From positions 638 to 64,637 of the forward strand of contig JAOACY010000032.1 of assembly GCA_026417615.1 (NCBI GenBank): 64,000 nucleotides of DNA, read 5' to 3'. Shown piece by piece: positions 9,627-21,547 of the stretch (positions are counted from its first letter, which is position 1; each line of letters starts with the position of its first letter). Position numbers and translations under genes: made by a program. Below the pieces are notes generated by a model. That model saw only the letters and a list, made by a program, of their open reading frames with translations, was not told where the DNA came from and ran no database searches. Source of the DNA: Clostridia bacterium. GTDB taxonomy: Bacteria; Bacillota; Clostridia; Acetivibrionales; JAFADI01.

Positions 9627-9737
9627 TCACCCAATTTATGATATTTGTCGAAATATATAGTTAAAAAATTAAAACAACAGACAAAACCGATTTATATATC
9701 GGAAGAAATGCTCTCAGGAATAACAGTTTTTCTTTTT

Positions 9738-10241
9738 CTATTCGTAAACTTTTCTGGGATTAAAAGTCTTAAAGGCGTTCAGCATCCTCTGATCCGGTTC
9801 AAAATAAACAACGGTTCTGACACCCTTGTAATTAAGAAGTGCAAAATAAGTGCCCGGTGAGTCGATGGATGACGCAGCATCTATCTTGCCCGCTGTCTGC
9901 TTAATGCTTTCGTTATAATGTTCACTCTGAACCTTTGCCACGATCTCAAAATCCTTGCAGTTTGCACTGAAGATTCTTTTCCTTTTTCTTTGCGCTATGA
10001 TTTTGTCAATGTCCAGTTCTCCATTGGTAACAGCATATTCAAATTCGATATTTCTTGATTTTGAAAGATAAAAAACTCCAAAAATTATTGCCCCTGCAAG
10101 CAAAGGTCCGAGTCCTGCCAGCACAGGTACGGAAAAGACCGCAATAATTGCAGCAAATCCTGCAAGTATCAACCCGCCGACTATCAGGTTATCTTCAAGC
10201 TTTTTCTTCTTCGCAACTATTTTCTCAATAAATACATCCAT
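9738..10241 (-). CDS. hypothetical membrane protein
   Basis: 167 aa with two N-terminal hydrophobic helices (LIVGGLILAGFAAIIAVFSVPVLAGLGPLLAGAIIFGVFYL) and a soluble C-terminus. No recognisable motif. Confidence 0.55.
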   Translation of the reverse strand: MDVFIEKIVAKKKKLEDNLIVGGLILAGFAAIIAVFSVPVLAGLGPLLAGAIIFGVFYLSKSRNIEFEYAVTNGELDIDKIIAQRKRKRIFSANCKDFEIVAKVQSEHYNESIKQTAGKIDAASSIDSPGTYFALLNYKGVRTVVYFEPDQRMLNAFKTFNPRKVYE

Positions 10242-10305
10242 TTTATGCCCTCCGCATTAGTACTTTAATATATTTTATACCTAAAACGGGCAGATTGGAA
10301 GTACC

Positions 10306-10340
10306 AAAAAAAAAGGCTCACAGATATATACCTGTAAGCC
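10306..10340 (-). terminator. intrinsic terminator downstream of groEL
   Basis: On the minus strand: GGCTTACAG-gtatatat-CTGTGAGCC (one G.U pair) followed by a T9 run. Confidence 0.8.
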
Positions 10341-10402
10341 TTTCTTGATTATATTGTCATTTTTAAGCATCCAATCCTAGCTTCTCGCTTCGAGCTTCCG
10401 GC

Positions 10403-12046
<1,644 letters not shown>

Positions 12047-12077
12047 TCAAAAATTTAATTATTGGTTGTTTTGAGAC

Positions 12078-12392
<315 letters not shown>

Positions 12393-12419
12393 TTAGCACT
12401 CACTTGAATCGAGTGCTAA
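12393..12419 (-). promoter_or_regulatory. CIRCE operator (HrcA binding site)
   Basis: Exact consensus TTAGCACTC-N9-GAGTGCTAA between the promoter and the groES start. Confidence 0.95.
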
Positions 12420-12430
12420 TCACATTAATA

Positions 12431-12459
12431 ATATAATATAATTCCCAAAATCATATCAA
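12431..12459 (-). promoter_or_regulatory. SigA-type promoter of groESL
   Basis: On the minus strand: TTGATA (12454-12459), a 17-nt spacer, TTATAT (12431-12436). It lies immediately upstream of CIRCE. Confidence 0.6.
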
Positions 12460-12652
12460 ATATGTGATTTGTGAAAAAAAAATGATTTTTAGTGAAATGG
12501 GACTAAGAGCTTTTAATAGATTTCTACCTCTTCGTTTTTCTCGAAATATCTTCCAATTAAGCCTTCTTTAGCCTTGGAAGAATTACTTTGAACAGATTTT
12601 GAGAGCCAATATTAAGAAATTTCACTTCACCAGCAGTTTGCACTTCTCCATT

Positions 12653-13357
12653 TTATCTTCTTCCCTTAAGCTCCAGTAACAATTCCTCAAGGCTCAATCC
12701 CTGTTCTGCCATCAAGACAAAAAGGTGGTATACAAGGTCGGCTATTTCAGATTTGACAGCGCCGGAATTTCCGCCCTTTGCTGCAATTATGACTTCGGCT
12801 GCTTCTTCACCGACTTTCTTCAAAATTTTGTCTATACCCTTTTCAAATAAATAATTGGTATAAGATCCTTCCTTTGGGTTCACTTTCCTGTCTGCAACAG
12901 TATTGTAAAGCTCCTTCAGCACATCGGACAAATTCCCGTTTTCGGAGGCAGAATTCTCGTTTATCGCAACTGATGCAGATTCATTAACAGACGCGGACTC
13001 GCTTGTATTCTGAATATCCTTTATTCCTTCGGCATCAAGCTTTCTGTAGAAGCAGGAGTGATGACCGGTATGACATGCGGCACCCTTTTGCTCAGCCTTT
13101 ATAAGCAATGTGTCTCCGTCACAATCCAAAGCTATGGATTTAACATGCTGGAAATGTCCCGATGTCTCGCCTTTTAGCCAAAGCTTGCTCCTGCTCCTGC
13201 TCCAGTAGTGTACTTTTCCCGTTTCCAGTGTCTTTTCCACAGCCTCCTTGTTTGCATAGGCCATCATCAGAACCTCATCTGTTCTGGCATCCTGGGTAAT
13301 AACGGGAACCAGCCCTTTATCGTCAAACTTAACTTCCTTCAAAATATTATCAAGCAT
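12653..13357 (-). CDS. hisI: bifunctional phosphoribosyl-AMP cyclohydrolase / phosphoribosyl-ATP pyrophosphatase
   Basis: N-terminal HisI domain (GETSGHFQ...CHTGHHSCF) fused to a C-terminal HisE domain ([11 protein letters not shown]...[13 protein letters not shown]). Confidence 0.93.
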   Translation of the reverse strand: MLDNILKEVKFDDKGLVPVITQDARTDEVLMMAYANKEAVEKTLETGKVHYWSRSRSKLWLKGETSGHFQHVKSIALDCDGDTLLIKAEQKGAACHTGHHSCFYRKLDAEGIKDIQNTSESASVNESASVAINENSASENGNLSDVLKELYNTVADRKVNPKEGSYTNYLFEKGIDKILKKVGEEAAEVIIAAKGGNSGAVKSEIADLVYHLFVLMAEQGLSLEELLLELKGRR

Positions 13358-14114
13358 GTCGAACCTCCACTCCCCTGCCTCTCAAATAACTCTTAAGATC
13401 GCTTATTTCCATCTCCCTGAAATGGAAGAGTGACGCAGCCAGAACCGCATCTGCCTTCCCTTCGGTAAGCGCATCATAAAAGTGCTCCATTTTTCCGGCT
13501 CCGCCTGAAGCTATGACTGGGATTTTTACACTTTGTGAAACCTTCCTGGTAAGCTCAATATCATAACCGTTCTTGGTTCCGTCGCAATCCATGCTTGTGA
13601 GCAGTATTTCACCAGCCCCCAGCTTCTCGGCTTCTACCGCCCATTGGACGGCATCTTTTCCGGTGTTCACCCTCCCGCCGTTCAGGTATACGTCCCAACC
13701 CGAGCCGTCGTCTCTGCGCTTTGCATCAATAGCAACCACCACGCATTGGCTTCCAAAGCGCCATGCTGCTTCGGAAATAAGCTGCGGACGCTTTAAGGCT
13801 GCCGAATTGACAGAAATTTTATCTGCGCCCGCCTTAAGTATTTCCCTGAAATCATCTACTGTGCGTATTCCTCCCCCGACAGTAAATGGTATGAATACCT
13901 GTTCGGCAACCCTGCTTACAACATCCAGCATAATGTTTCTTGCATCGGATGACGCAGTAATATCCAAAAACGTCAGCTCATCCGCTCCAGCCTTGTCATA
14001 TATTGCTGCGACCTCAACCGGATCACCGGCATCCCGTATATTTACAAAATTAACACCTTTCACAACTCTGCCTGCATGCACATCCAGGCAAGGAATAATT
14101 CTCTTTGTAAGCAT
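13350..14114 (-). CDS. hisF: imidazole glycerol phosphate synthase cyclase subunit HisF
   Basis: [18 protein letters not shown] and [15 protein letters not shown] motifs. It overlaps hisIE by 8 nt. Confidence 0.96.
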   Translation of the reverse strand: MLTKRIIPCLDVHAGRVVKGVNFVNIRDAGDPVEVAAIYDKAGADELTFLDITASSDARNIMLDVVSRVAEQVFIPFTVGGGIRTVDDFREILKAGADKISVNSAALKRPQLISEAAWRFGSQCVVVAIDAKRRDDGSGWDVYLNGGRVNTGKDAVQWAVEAEKLGAGEILLTSMDCDGTKNGYDIELTRKVSQSVKIPVIASGGAGKMEHFYDALTEGKADAVLAASLFHFREMEISDLKSYLRGRGVEVRHA

Positions 14115-14187
14115 ATTCTTTACCTCAAATTATTTCGGTACATTTTCTGCTAAATACTCATTCTCTTTAATCAGGTGGAGCATCCCC

Positions 14188-14901
14188 TTACTTTGCCGCC
14201 CTGATCGCCTCAACAAGGTCTATGTCTCCTGTGTAAATTGCCTTTCCGATAATAGCGCCTGCCACCCCTGCGTTCTTCAAATTTATTACATCCTCTGTCT
14301 TGCTGACGCCGCCTGCACATATAATGTCCGCCCCGACCGCCTTCACCATTTCTTCCATTGCCGCAAGATTAGGCCCTTGAAGCATTCCGTCTTTTGCGAT
14401 ATCCGTATATATAATGGTTTTCGCTCCCAGATACTCCATCTTCTTTGCAAATTCCACGGCAGTAAAGTCGCTGGTCTTCTCCCATCCTTCAATTGCAACC
14501 CTTCCGTCTTTTGCGTCTATGCCTATAACGATTTTTTCACCGAAGGTCTTCAAAGCATTTCTAACCAATTCAGGGTTTTTTACCGCCGAAGTGCCTAGTA
14601 TTACTCTTTCAACTCCTTTGCACAGGACTAGCTCAATATTATCAATTGTTCTTATTCCCCCGCCCAGCTGGACTGGTATCCCCAGCTTTACAGCCATTTC
14701 GCTTATTATAGAAAGGTTCTTTGGTTCGCCGCACCTTGCTCCGTCCAGGTCGATAACATGAAGATACTGAGCCCCCATCTGCTCCCATTTCAATGCCATC
14801 TCTACAGGGTTTTCAGCGTATACTGTAACATCATTGAACTTTCCCTGTGACAGCCTGACACATCTGCCATCCTTAACATCCACTGCTGGATAAATTATCA
14901 T
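14188..14901 (-). CDS. hisA: ProFAR isomerase HisA
   Basis: MIIYPAVDVKDGRCVRL start and a (beta/alpha)8 HisA pattern. Confidence 0.95.
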   Translation of the reverse strand: MIIYPAVDVKDGRCVRLSQGKFNDVTVYAENPVEMALKWEQMGAQYLHVIDLDGARCGEPKNLSIISEMAVKLGIPVQLGGGIRTIDNIELVLCKGVERVILGTSAVKNPELVRNALKTFGEKIVIGIDAKDGRVAIEGWEKTSDFTAVEFAKKMEYLGAKTIIYTDIAKDGMLQGPNLAAMEEMVKAVGADIICAGGVSKTEDVINLKNAGVAGAIIGKAIYTGDIDLVEAIRAAK

Positions 14902-15524
14902 TATTTTTTGCCTCCGATTAATCCAACAAAGTTCTTGAGTATTTGAAGACCTGTTTCACCGCTCTTTTCAGGATGAAACTGCGTTGCATAAACATTATTT
15001 TTGCCTACCGCAACATCAAATTCCATGCCATAGCTGGTTGTTGCGGTCACAAGCTCCCTGTCCTCTGCTGTAAGGTAGTAGGAGTGAACAAAATAAAAAT
15101 ATGGAACTTCAGGAAGGTTTGCAAATATCCTGCACTCTTTATTGTATTTTATAGAATTCCAGCCCATATGCGGCACCTTAAGGTTCATATCCAAAGGCAG
15201 CTGCCTTATTGAACCCTTGAATATTCCAAGCCCTTCGACTCTTTCTCCGCCCTCTTCGCTATAGTCAAACAAAAGCTGCATGCCAAGACATATTCCCAGA
15301 AAAGCCTTTCCGCAGGCAGCAGTTTCCTTGACTACATCCACCATCCCTGCCTTTTTCAGGCTGTCCATGGCATCGGCAAAAGCGCCGACTCCAGGGAGAA
15401 CTATTCCATCGGCTCCAAGAATGAACTCCCTGTCCGAAGAAACAACCGCATCTGCTCCAATAAAATGAAAAGCCTTTTCCACACTTCTTAAATTCCCTAC
15501 ACCGTAATCAATTATGGCAATCAT
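14901..15524 (-). CDS. hisH: imidazole glycerol phosphate synthase glutamine amidotransferase subunit HisH
   Basis: GATase-1 triad context GICLGMQLL and FHPEKSG. The likely ATG (MIAIIDYG) is at 15524 behind GGAG; the ORF track uses a TTG at 15536. Confidence 0.94.
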   Translation of the reverse strand: MIAIIDYGVGNLRSVEKAFHFIGADAVVSSDREFILGADGIVLPGVGAFADAMDSLKKAGMVDVVKETAACGKAFLGICLGMQLLFDYSEEGGERVEGLGIFKGSIRQLPLDMNLKVPHMGWNSIKYNKECRIFANLPEVPYFYFVHSYYLTAEDRELVTATTSYGMEFDVAVGKNNVYATQFHPEKSGETGLQILKNFVGLIGGKK

Positions 15525-15536
15525 TTCAGGCTCCAA

Positions 15537-16427
15537 TCAGACAAGCTTCTTTCCCGTTATTCTTTCGTACGCTTCGATATACTTTGCCTCTGTCTTTCTT
15601 ATTACTTCCTCGGGCAATTCAGGCGCCGGGGGCTGCTTATCCCATTTAATTGACTCAAGGTACTCCCTAAGGTATTGCTTGTCAAAGCTCTTCTGCGGGC
15701 GTCCCGGCTCATACTCGTCCATTGCCCAGAACCTGGAAGAATCAGGGGTAAACATCTCGTCGGCAACTACCAGCTCACCGTCTATTAATCCAAATTCAAA
15801 CTTGGTGTCTGCAAGTATAAGGCCGCGGCTCTCTGCGTGCTTGCTGGCCTTCTTGTAAAGAGCTATGCTTGTGTCTCTAAGCTTATTTGCCAAATCCAAG
15901 CCGATCCTGTCTGCTACAGCTTCAAAGGAAACGTTCTCATCATGCCCTTCAGTGGCTTTGGTTGACGGAGTAAATATAGGCTCCGGCAGCTTGTCGCACT
16001 GTCTTAAGCCCTCAGGCAGCTTTATGCCGCAAATTGAGCCCGTCTTCTGGTAATCCTTAAGTCCTGAGCCCTCGAGATAACCCCTTACAATACACTCAGC
16101 CTCTATCATTTTAACCTTTTTGACAAGCATTGACCTGCCCTGCAATTCTTCCGTGAACTCTGACAGCCCCTCGGGATACTGGCTCACATCGGTTGTAACA
16201 ACATGGTTTGCTACAATATCCTTTGTGTAATCAAACCAGAACTCCGATATGCTGTTCAACACCCTTCCCTTGTTTGGAATGAGGTTTGGGAAAACTACGT
16301 CAAAGGCGGAAATTCTGTCCGTGACCACAATAAGCAGCTTGTCCCCCAGATCGTAAACGTTTCTTACCTTGCCCTTGATAAAAAGCGGCAGCTTGATAAA
16401 GCTTGTGTCATTGATCAACTTTGTCAT
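15537..16427 (-). CDS. purC: SAICAR synthetase (long-form PurC) embedded in the his operon
   Basis: 296 aa with GKVRNVYD...VVTDRISAFD, ILADTKFEFG and a C-terminal extension typical of long PurC. Confidence 0.88.
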   Translation of the reverse strand: MTKLINDTSFIKLPLFIKGKVRNVYDLGDKLLIVVTDRISAFDVVFPNLIPNKGRVLNSISEFWFDYTKDIVANHVVTTDVSQYPEGLSEFTEELQGRSMLVKKVKMIEAECIVRGYLEGSGLKDYQKTGSICGIKLPEGLRQCDKLPEPIFTPSTKATEGHDENVSFEAVADRIGLDLANKLRDTSIALYKKASKHAESRGLILADTKFEFGLIDGELVVADEMFTPDSSRFWAMDEYEPGRPQKSFDKQYLREYLESIKWDKQPPAPELPEEVIRKTEAKYIEAYERITGKKLV

Positions 16428-16443
16428 AAATTCATCTCTCCCC

Positions 16444-17034
16444 TTAACTTAAACTTCCTTTTGTTGACATTACTCCTTCAATCCTGTCGTCAATCCTTGT
16501 TGCTTCGTCAAATGCTCTGGCAAATGCTTTAAAAATCGCCTCAGCTATATGATGGTTGTTGGAACCATAGAAAACCTTTATATGCAGGTTCATGCCGGCA
16601 TTAAAGGCAACAGCTCTCATAAATTCCTCCACCAGCTCTGTTTCCATCTCTCCTATCCTGTCTGAGGTAAACCGCGAGTCAAATACCAGATAGGGTCTGC
16701 CGCTAAGGTCAAGGGCAACCATTGCAAGGGCCTCGTCCATTGGAACATATGAAACACCATAGCGTTTAATTGATTTTTTCTCACCAAGAGCTTCTTTTAT
16801 GGCCTGTCCAAGAACAATCCCCACATCCTCCAAGGTATGGTGAGCATCAACCTGAAGATCCCCAACAGCCTCAATATCAAGATCCATAAGGCTGTGTTTT
16901 GTGAAAAGGTCAAGCATATGGTCGAAAAAACCAACTCCTGTGGCTATCCTGCCTTCTCCCTTTCCGTCAATATTTATAGAAAGCTTTATTTCAGTCTCCT
17001 TGGTTTTTCTTTTGACTTCAGAAATCCTTTGCAT
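16444..17034 (-). CDS. hisB: imidazoleglycerol-phosphate dehydratase HisB
   Basis: 196 aa with paired His-rich metal motifs ([31 protein letters not shown]). Confidence 0.95.
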   Translation of the reverse strand: MQRISEVKRKTKETEIKLSINIDGKGEGRIATGVGFFDHMLDLFTKHSLMDLDIEAVGDLQVDAHHTLEDVGIVLGQAIKEALGEKKSIKRYGVSYVPMDEALAMVALDLSGRPYLVFDSRFTSDRIGEMETELVEEFMRAVAFNAGMNLHIKVFYGSNNHHIAEAIFKAFARAFDEATRIDDRIEGVMSTKGSLS

Positions 17035-17072
17035 GTATTACCTCCTGCAAGCCTTATAAATCAGTCCTCATA

Positions 17073-17081
17073 ATTATATCA
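17073..17081 (-). promoter_or_regulatory. candidate internal promoter (extended -10 TGATATAAT) ahead of hisB
   Basis: An exact TGnTATAAT on the minus strand sits in the 118-nt hisC-hisB gap, about 38 nt upstream of the hisB ATG. The -35 is weak. Confidence 0.35.
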
Positions 17082-17152
17082 AAAATTAAGAATATAATTC
17101 TACATTTATTTTGAAAATTGGTTAAGCCGCACGCCGCTGCCCTGATATCATC

Positions 17153-18235
17153 CTATTTTGCAGAATCTCCCAAATTGCTTTCCAAAAGCAATTTCAAAGC
17201 TTCAACCATACAATCCATCTCTTCGTCGGTTCCAATGGTTATGCGCAGATAATTATCAATTCTCGGCTTATTAAAATATCTGACAAGGATACCCTTCTCT
17301 CTTAATCCCGAAAACAAATCCCTTGCTTTTATTTTGGGATGGCTGGCGAATATGAAATTAGCCTTGGAATCAGTCAGTTTAAACCCCATTTCCTTAAGCA
17401 CTCCCGAAATACGTTCCCTTGTATTCACAACCTTCAGGCATGTTTCCCGGAAATACTCCTCATCCTTGAAGGCTTCTACGGCCGCGCCTATTGCCAGACG
17501 GTCAAGGGTATAGGAATTGAAAGAATTCTTTATCCTGTCCAGAGCCTGAATCAAGTCCTGGTGTCCGAGAGCAAAGCCCAGTCTCATTCCTGCAAGAGAC
17601 CTTGATTTTGAAAGTGTTTGCACCACAAGCAAATTGGGATAGTCATTTATAAGCTGAATAACGGATTCTCCGCCAAAATCCACATATGCCTCATCGATTA
17701 TAACAACCGAATTCAAATTGCTCTCGATAATTTTGATTATAGCCTCTTTATCAATCTGTTTTGCGGTGGGAGCATTAGGATTGGCAATTATAATTCCTCC
17801 GTTTTCTCCGGCATAATCACCCGCAATGATGTCAAAATCATCGCTTAGAGGGACAGTCCTGTGCTTCAGGTTGAAAAGTTCCGCATAAACAGGGTAAAAG
17901 CTGTAAGTTATATCAGGAAAAAGAATGGTTTTATCGGGATCGAAAAATGCCATAAACGCAAAAGCAAGCACTTCGTCAGAGCCGTTCCCCACAAAAACCT
18001 GGCTCCTGTGAAGCCTGTGGTACAACGCTATTGTATCCCTCAAATCGTCGCAATTAGGATCGGGATACAGCCTCAGACTTTCATTCGCCAGCCTGTTTAT
18101 AGCATCGATAACCCTTGGAGAAGGCGGATATGGGTTCTCATTTGTATTCAGCTTGATATATTTCCTGTCCTTTGGCTGTTCCCCCGGAACATACGGTTCA
18201 ATTTTTTTTGCCAGCTCGCTCCAATATTTACTCAT
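17153..18235 (-). CDS. hisC: histidinol-phosphate aminotransferase HisC
   Basis: Class II aminotransferase with PLP-lysine context TLSKSRSLAGMRLG. The likely start is MSKYW at 18235, overlapping the hisD stop as ATGAGTAA. Confidence 0.93.
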   Translation of the reverse strand: MSKYWSELAKKIEPYVPGEQPKDRKYIKLNTNENPYPPSPRVIDAINRLANESLRLYPDPNCDDLRDTIALYHRLHRSQVFVGNGSDEVLAFAFMAFFDPDKTILFPDITYSFYPVYAELFNLKHRTVPLSDDFDIIAGDYAGENGGIIIANPNAPTAKQIDKEAIIKIIESNLNSVVIIDEAYVDFGGESVIQLINDYPNLLVVQTLSKSRSLAGMRLGFALGHQDLIQALDRIKNSFNSYTLDRLAIGAAVEAFKDEEYFRETCLKVVNTRERISGVLKEMGFKLTDSKANFIFASHPKIKARDLFSGLREKGILVRYFNKPRIDNYLRITIGTDEEMDCMVEALKLLLESNLGDSAK

Positions 18236-19535
18236 TCCCCTGCTCCCCTTCAAGCCTTATTCTTATTGCATTGGCATGGGCTGCAAGGCCTTCCGCTTCT
18301 GCAAAAAGCATTACATCCTCACACACAGCTTTCAAGGCTTTTTTTGTATAGGATATCACACTGGATTTCTTTACAAAGTCCCCAACATTAAGAGGCGAAA
18401 AAAACCTCGCCGTGCCGCTTGTCGGAAGTACATGGTTCGGGCCTGCGAGGTAGTCGCCCATAGGCTCTGAAGCATAGTGTCCAAGGAAGATGGCCCCCGC
18501 ATTTTTTATCCCCCCGAGAAGGTTGAACGGCTCATTAACGCACAGCTCAAGATGCTCTGGAGCAATCCTGTTTACTACGTCCAAGGCTTCCTCAATGTTA
18601 TTTACAATCACTACCGCTCCAAAATCATCTATGGATTTTCTTGAAATATCCTTTCTTTCAAGCAAGGCTATTTGTCTCTCAAGCTCTTGAGCCACACCCT
18701 CAGCCAAACTTTCAGAAGTTGTGACAAGAACAGATGAAGCAAGCATATCATGCTCCGCCTGGGATAGAAGATCTGCCGCCACAAACTTTGGATTAGCCGA
18801 TTCATCAGCCACTACAGTTATCTCACTTGGTCCGGCGATGGCATCTATGTCGCAATAGCCGTAAACCATCTTCTTTGCCATGGCAACATATGCATTTCCG
18901 GGGCCTACAATCTTATCGACCCTCGGTACGGAGGCGGTTCCAAAGGCCAGTGCCGCCACAGCCTGGGCTCCCCCTACCCTGTATATCTCATCAACCCCTG
19001 CTTCGCTTGCGGCAACCAGAACAGAAGGATTCACTCCCGTATCCTTCGGCGGTGTAACCATAACAACCCTTTCCACTCCGGCCACCTTTGCAGGCACAAC
19101 ATTCATCAAAACAGAGGATGGGTACGCAGCCGTTCCTCCAGGCACATATACTCCGACTGCCTCAAGGGGCCTGTATAACTGACCAAGGATCACACCGTCC
19201 TTTTCGGCAGAAAACCATGAATTCTCCTTCTGCTTGGAATGGAAGTCCTCTATATTTTTTTTTGCTTTTCTTATTACCTCAACAAGCTTTTTATCGACCT
19301 TCTCATAAGCATTATCTATTTCCTCCCGGCTGACTCTTATCCTTCCGGGCACCAACTCAACCTTGTCAAATGCTCTTGTGTACTCCAGCAGTGCCTTGTC
19401 TCCCTCAAGCTTGATCCTTTTGACAATCTCCTCAACCCTGGCAAATACATCCCCTAGCTCCATCTGACTTCTCTTTGCCAGGATATCAAACAAATGCCCC
19501 AAACTGCCCTTCCTGGCATCAAAAACCTTAATCAT
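18228..19535 (-). CDS. hisD: histidinol dehydrogenase HisD
   Basis: About 435 aa with a HisD pattern ([19 protein letters not shown]). The likely start is [10 protein letters not shown] at 19535, overlapping the hisG stop as ATGATTAA. Confidence 0.94.
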   Translation of the reverse strand: MIKVFDARKGSLGHLFDILAKRSQMELGDVFARVEEIVKRIKLEGDKALLEYTRAFDKVELVPGRIRVSREEIDNAYEKVDKKLVEVIRKAKKNIEDFHSKQKENSWFSAEKDGVILGQLYRPLEAVGVYVPGGTAAYPSSVLMNVVPAKVAGVERVVMVTPPKDTGVNPSVLVAASEAGVDEIYRVGGAQAVAALAFGTASVPRVDKIVGPGNAYVAMAKKMVYGYCDIDAIAGPSEITVVADESANPKFVAADLLSQAEHDMLASSVLVTTSESLAEGVAQELERQIALLERKDISRKSIDDFGAVVIVNNIEEALDVVNRIAPEHLELCVNEPFNLLGGIKNAGAIFLGHYASEPMGDYLAGPNHVLPTSGTARFFSPLNVGDFVKKSSVISYTKKALKAVCEDVMLFAEAEGLAAHANAIRIRLEGEQGNE

Positions 19536-20184
19536 TCGACAATCTCCCCTTCTCCAGCTGCTTCCTGATTCCGTCAATAATGCTGTTTATCCTTTCGCTC
19601 TCCATCTTCATGCTTACCCTGTTTACAACCATTCTGGCGCTGATGTCGGCAATAATGTCCAATACGGCGAGGCCGTTTTCCTTAAGGGTCCTTCCGCTCT
19701 CGACCAGATCCACAATTACTTCGGAAAGTCCCACCAGCGGAGCCAGCTCAACTGAGCCGTTCAGCTTAATTACCTCTATTGTCTCTTTTCTCTTATGCTC
19801 AAAATACTCCCTGGCAATTCTCGGGTATTTCGTAGCCACCCTTTTATTGTTAAGCTTATCAAGCTTCCCCTGAAGCTCTGCCGGACCCGCTACCACCATT
19901 CTGCAGGCGGCAAATCCAAGGTTAAGAACCTCATACAAATGACGCCCCTCTTCCAGAAGCGTATCCTTGCCCACTATCCCTATATCCGCCGCCCCATATT
20001 CCACATATGTGGGAACATCGCTGGGCTTGACAAGAAAAAATTTGATTTTGCTTTCTTCATCAGTTAAAATAAGCTTCCTGGAGGAGCCCTTAAGCTCCGT
20101 GCAGTCTATCCCAATAGCTTCAAACAAATCAATTGAAAGCTCTGTAAGCCTGCCCTTTGACAGAGCAATATTCAAATATCTCAT
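19528..20184 (-). CDS. hisG: ATP phosphoribosyltransferase, short form HisG
   Basis: 218 aa, short HisG lacking the C-terminal regulatory domain. It overlaps hisZ by 4 nt. Confidence 0.94.
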   Translation of the reverse strand: MRYLNIALSKGRLTELSIDLFEAIGIDCTELKGSSRKLILTDEESKIKFFLVKPSDVPTYVEYGAADIGIVGKDTLLEEGRHLYEVLNLGFAACRMVVAGPAELQGKLDKLNNKRVATKYPRIAREYFEHKRKETIEVIKLNGSVELAPLVGLSEVIVDLVESGRTLKENGLAVLDIIADISARMVVNRVSMKMESERINSIIDGIRKQLEKGRLSND

Positions 20185-21446
20185 ATGATCCTCCCTGTCA
20201 ATTCCATTATATTTGTTTTCACGCTCTCCCCGTTGGTGAGGTTGATTACCTCAATGTTTTCTTCATCCAGCACATTGAGTATTCCCCCAATACCCTTGTT
20301 TACTGCATATTCCTTTGACTGCTCAACACCCAGCCCGGTTATATCCATTTCAACGGTAAGGCCTTGCCTTCTAAGCTCATTGCAAATCTTAAAGGCAGTC
20401 TTTCTTCCTCTTTCATTATAACAAACCAAGCTGTCCGTAGTATGCCTTTCAAAATCAATCTTCTGACGGTCAAGCGCTGTCATGATCATATTTACGCCAA
20501 GAGAGAATCCAGTTGCTGGACATTTCTTGCCAAACTTCTCAACCAGGTTGTCATACCTGCCCCCGCTTAGAATAGGGAAGCCTACTCCATAGGTGAAGCC
20601 CCTGAAAATAAGTCCCGTATAGTAATTAAGGCTTTGCACCATTCCAAGGTCAACAGACACATATTTCCCAAGCTCGTACTCATCAAGAATATTCAATATT
20701 TGCCTCAGATTTTCAAGAGCCTTTAAAGAACGCTTGTTAACAGCCATTTTTTCCACCTTGTCTATGACATCGGTTGAGCCGAAAAGACCAGGAAGGCTGA
20801 AAATAAGCTCTTTCAATGCATCTGGAATGTCGTGCTGCTTTACCAGCTCTTCAACTCCCAGGAAATCCTTCCTGTCGATGAGAATCCGCATCTGCTCAAT
20901 TTCCTGTTGCGCAAGACCCGTCTCCTCCATAATCCCTTTAAAGAAATCTACCTGACCTATATCAATCTGAAAATTTTCAAGACCCGCAGCCTTTACTGCG
21001 CTTATGGCTGTTGCGATTATTTCTGCATCGGCCTCAGGTGTGCTTGCCCCTAAGATTTCAACACCTGCCTGCGTAAATTCCTTTTGCTTTCCCCCACCAA
21101 GCTCATTATACTTAAATGTATTTCCAATATAGGAAAGCTTCATGGGGTACCGGGCATCTCTGTACTTTGTGGCTGCGATACGGGCTATGGGTATGGTAAT
21201 GTCAGGCCTTAATACCAGTATCCTCCCCTGCTGGTCAAAGAACTTGAACATAGTCTCCTGGGGCGTAACATCGGAATCTGCAGCAAATACATCATAGAAT
21301 TCAATCGTAGGCGTTTCCACCTCATTATAACCAAATCCTGCAAAAACCCGTCTGAGCTTTGCTTCCAATTTTCTTTTAATATAGCAATCTTCCAAGAGTA
21401 TATCCTGTACACCTTCCGGTGTATATATCTTCCACTTCGGCATCAC
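20181..21446 (-). CDS. hisZ: ATP phosphoribosyltransferase regulatory subunit HisZ (HisRS paralogue)
   Basis: HisRS-like fold with [11 protein letters not shown] rather than the synthetase-type LRPEGT. It is paired with a short hisG. Confidence 0.88.
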   Translation of the reverse strand: MMPKWKIYTPEGVQDILLEDCYIKRKLEAKLRRVFAGFGYNEVETPTIEFYDVFAADSDVTPQETMFKFFDQQGRILVLRPDITIPIARIAATKYRDARYPMKLSYIGNTFKYNELGGGKQKEFTQAGVEILGASTPEADAEIIATAISAVKAAGLENFQIDIGQVDFFKGIMEETGLAQQEIEQMRILIDRKDFLGVEELVKQHDIPDALKELIFSLPGLFGSTDVIDKVEKMAVNKRSLKALENLRQILNILDEYELGKYVSVDLGMVQSLNYYTGLIFRGFTYGVGFPILSGGRYDNLVEKFGKKCPATGFSLGVNMIMTALDRQKIDFERHTTDSLVCYNERGRKTAFKICNELRRQGLTVEMDITGLGVEQSKEYAVNKGIGGILNVLDEENIEVINLTNGESVKTNIMELTGRII

Positions 21447-21502
21447 TGCACCTCGCTTTATCGATTTAGCGTATTAAACTGATAAATTGATGAATTATCA
21501 TT

Positions 21503-21531
21503 ATTATAATAACAAAGTTGCATTTTGTCAA
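21503..21531 (-). promoter_or_regulatory. consensus SigA promoter of the his operon
   Basis: On the minus strand: TTGACA (21526-21531), a 17-nt spacer, TATAAT (21503-21508). It lies about 55 nt upstream of the hisZ ATG. Confidence 0.65.
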
Positions 21532-21547
21532 TTTTAAACCGTTTTTT

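Noticed and set aside
9696-9702. SigD/FliA-type promoter for motAB (CCGATAT -10 element about 70 nt upstream of motA)
   Set aside because: The -10-like heptamer is present, but the expected TAAA -35 element at 15-16 nt spacing is not (it reads TATT). That is too weak to list as a feature.
13573-14598. 341-aa plus-strand ORF
   Set aside because: It is entirely antisense to the unmistakable hisF and hisA genes, has a Ser/Pro/Thr/Ala-rich low-complexity translation, and has no RBS. It is a shadow ORF.
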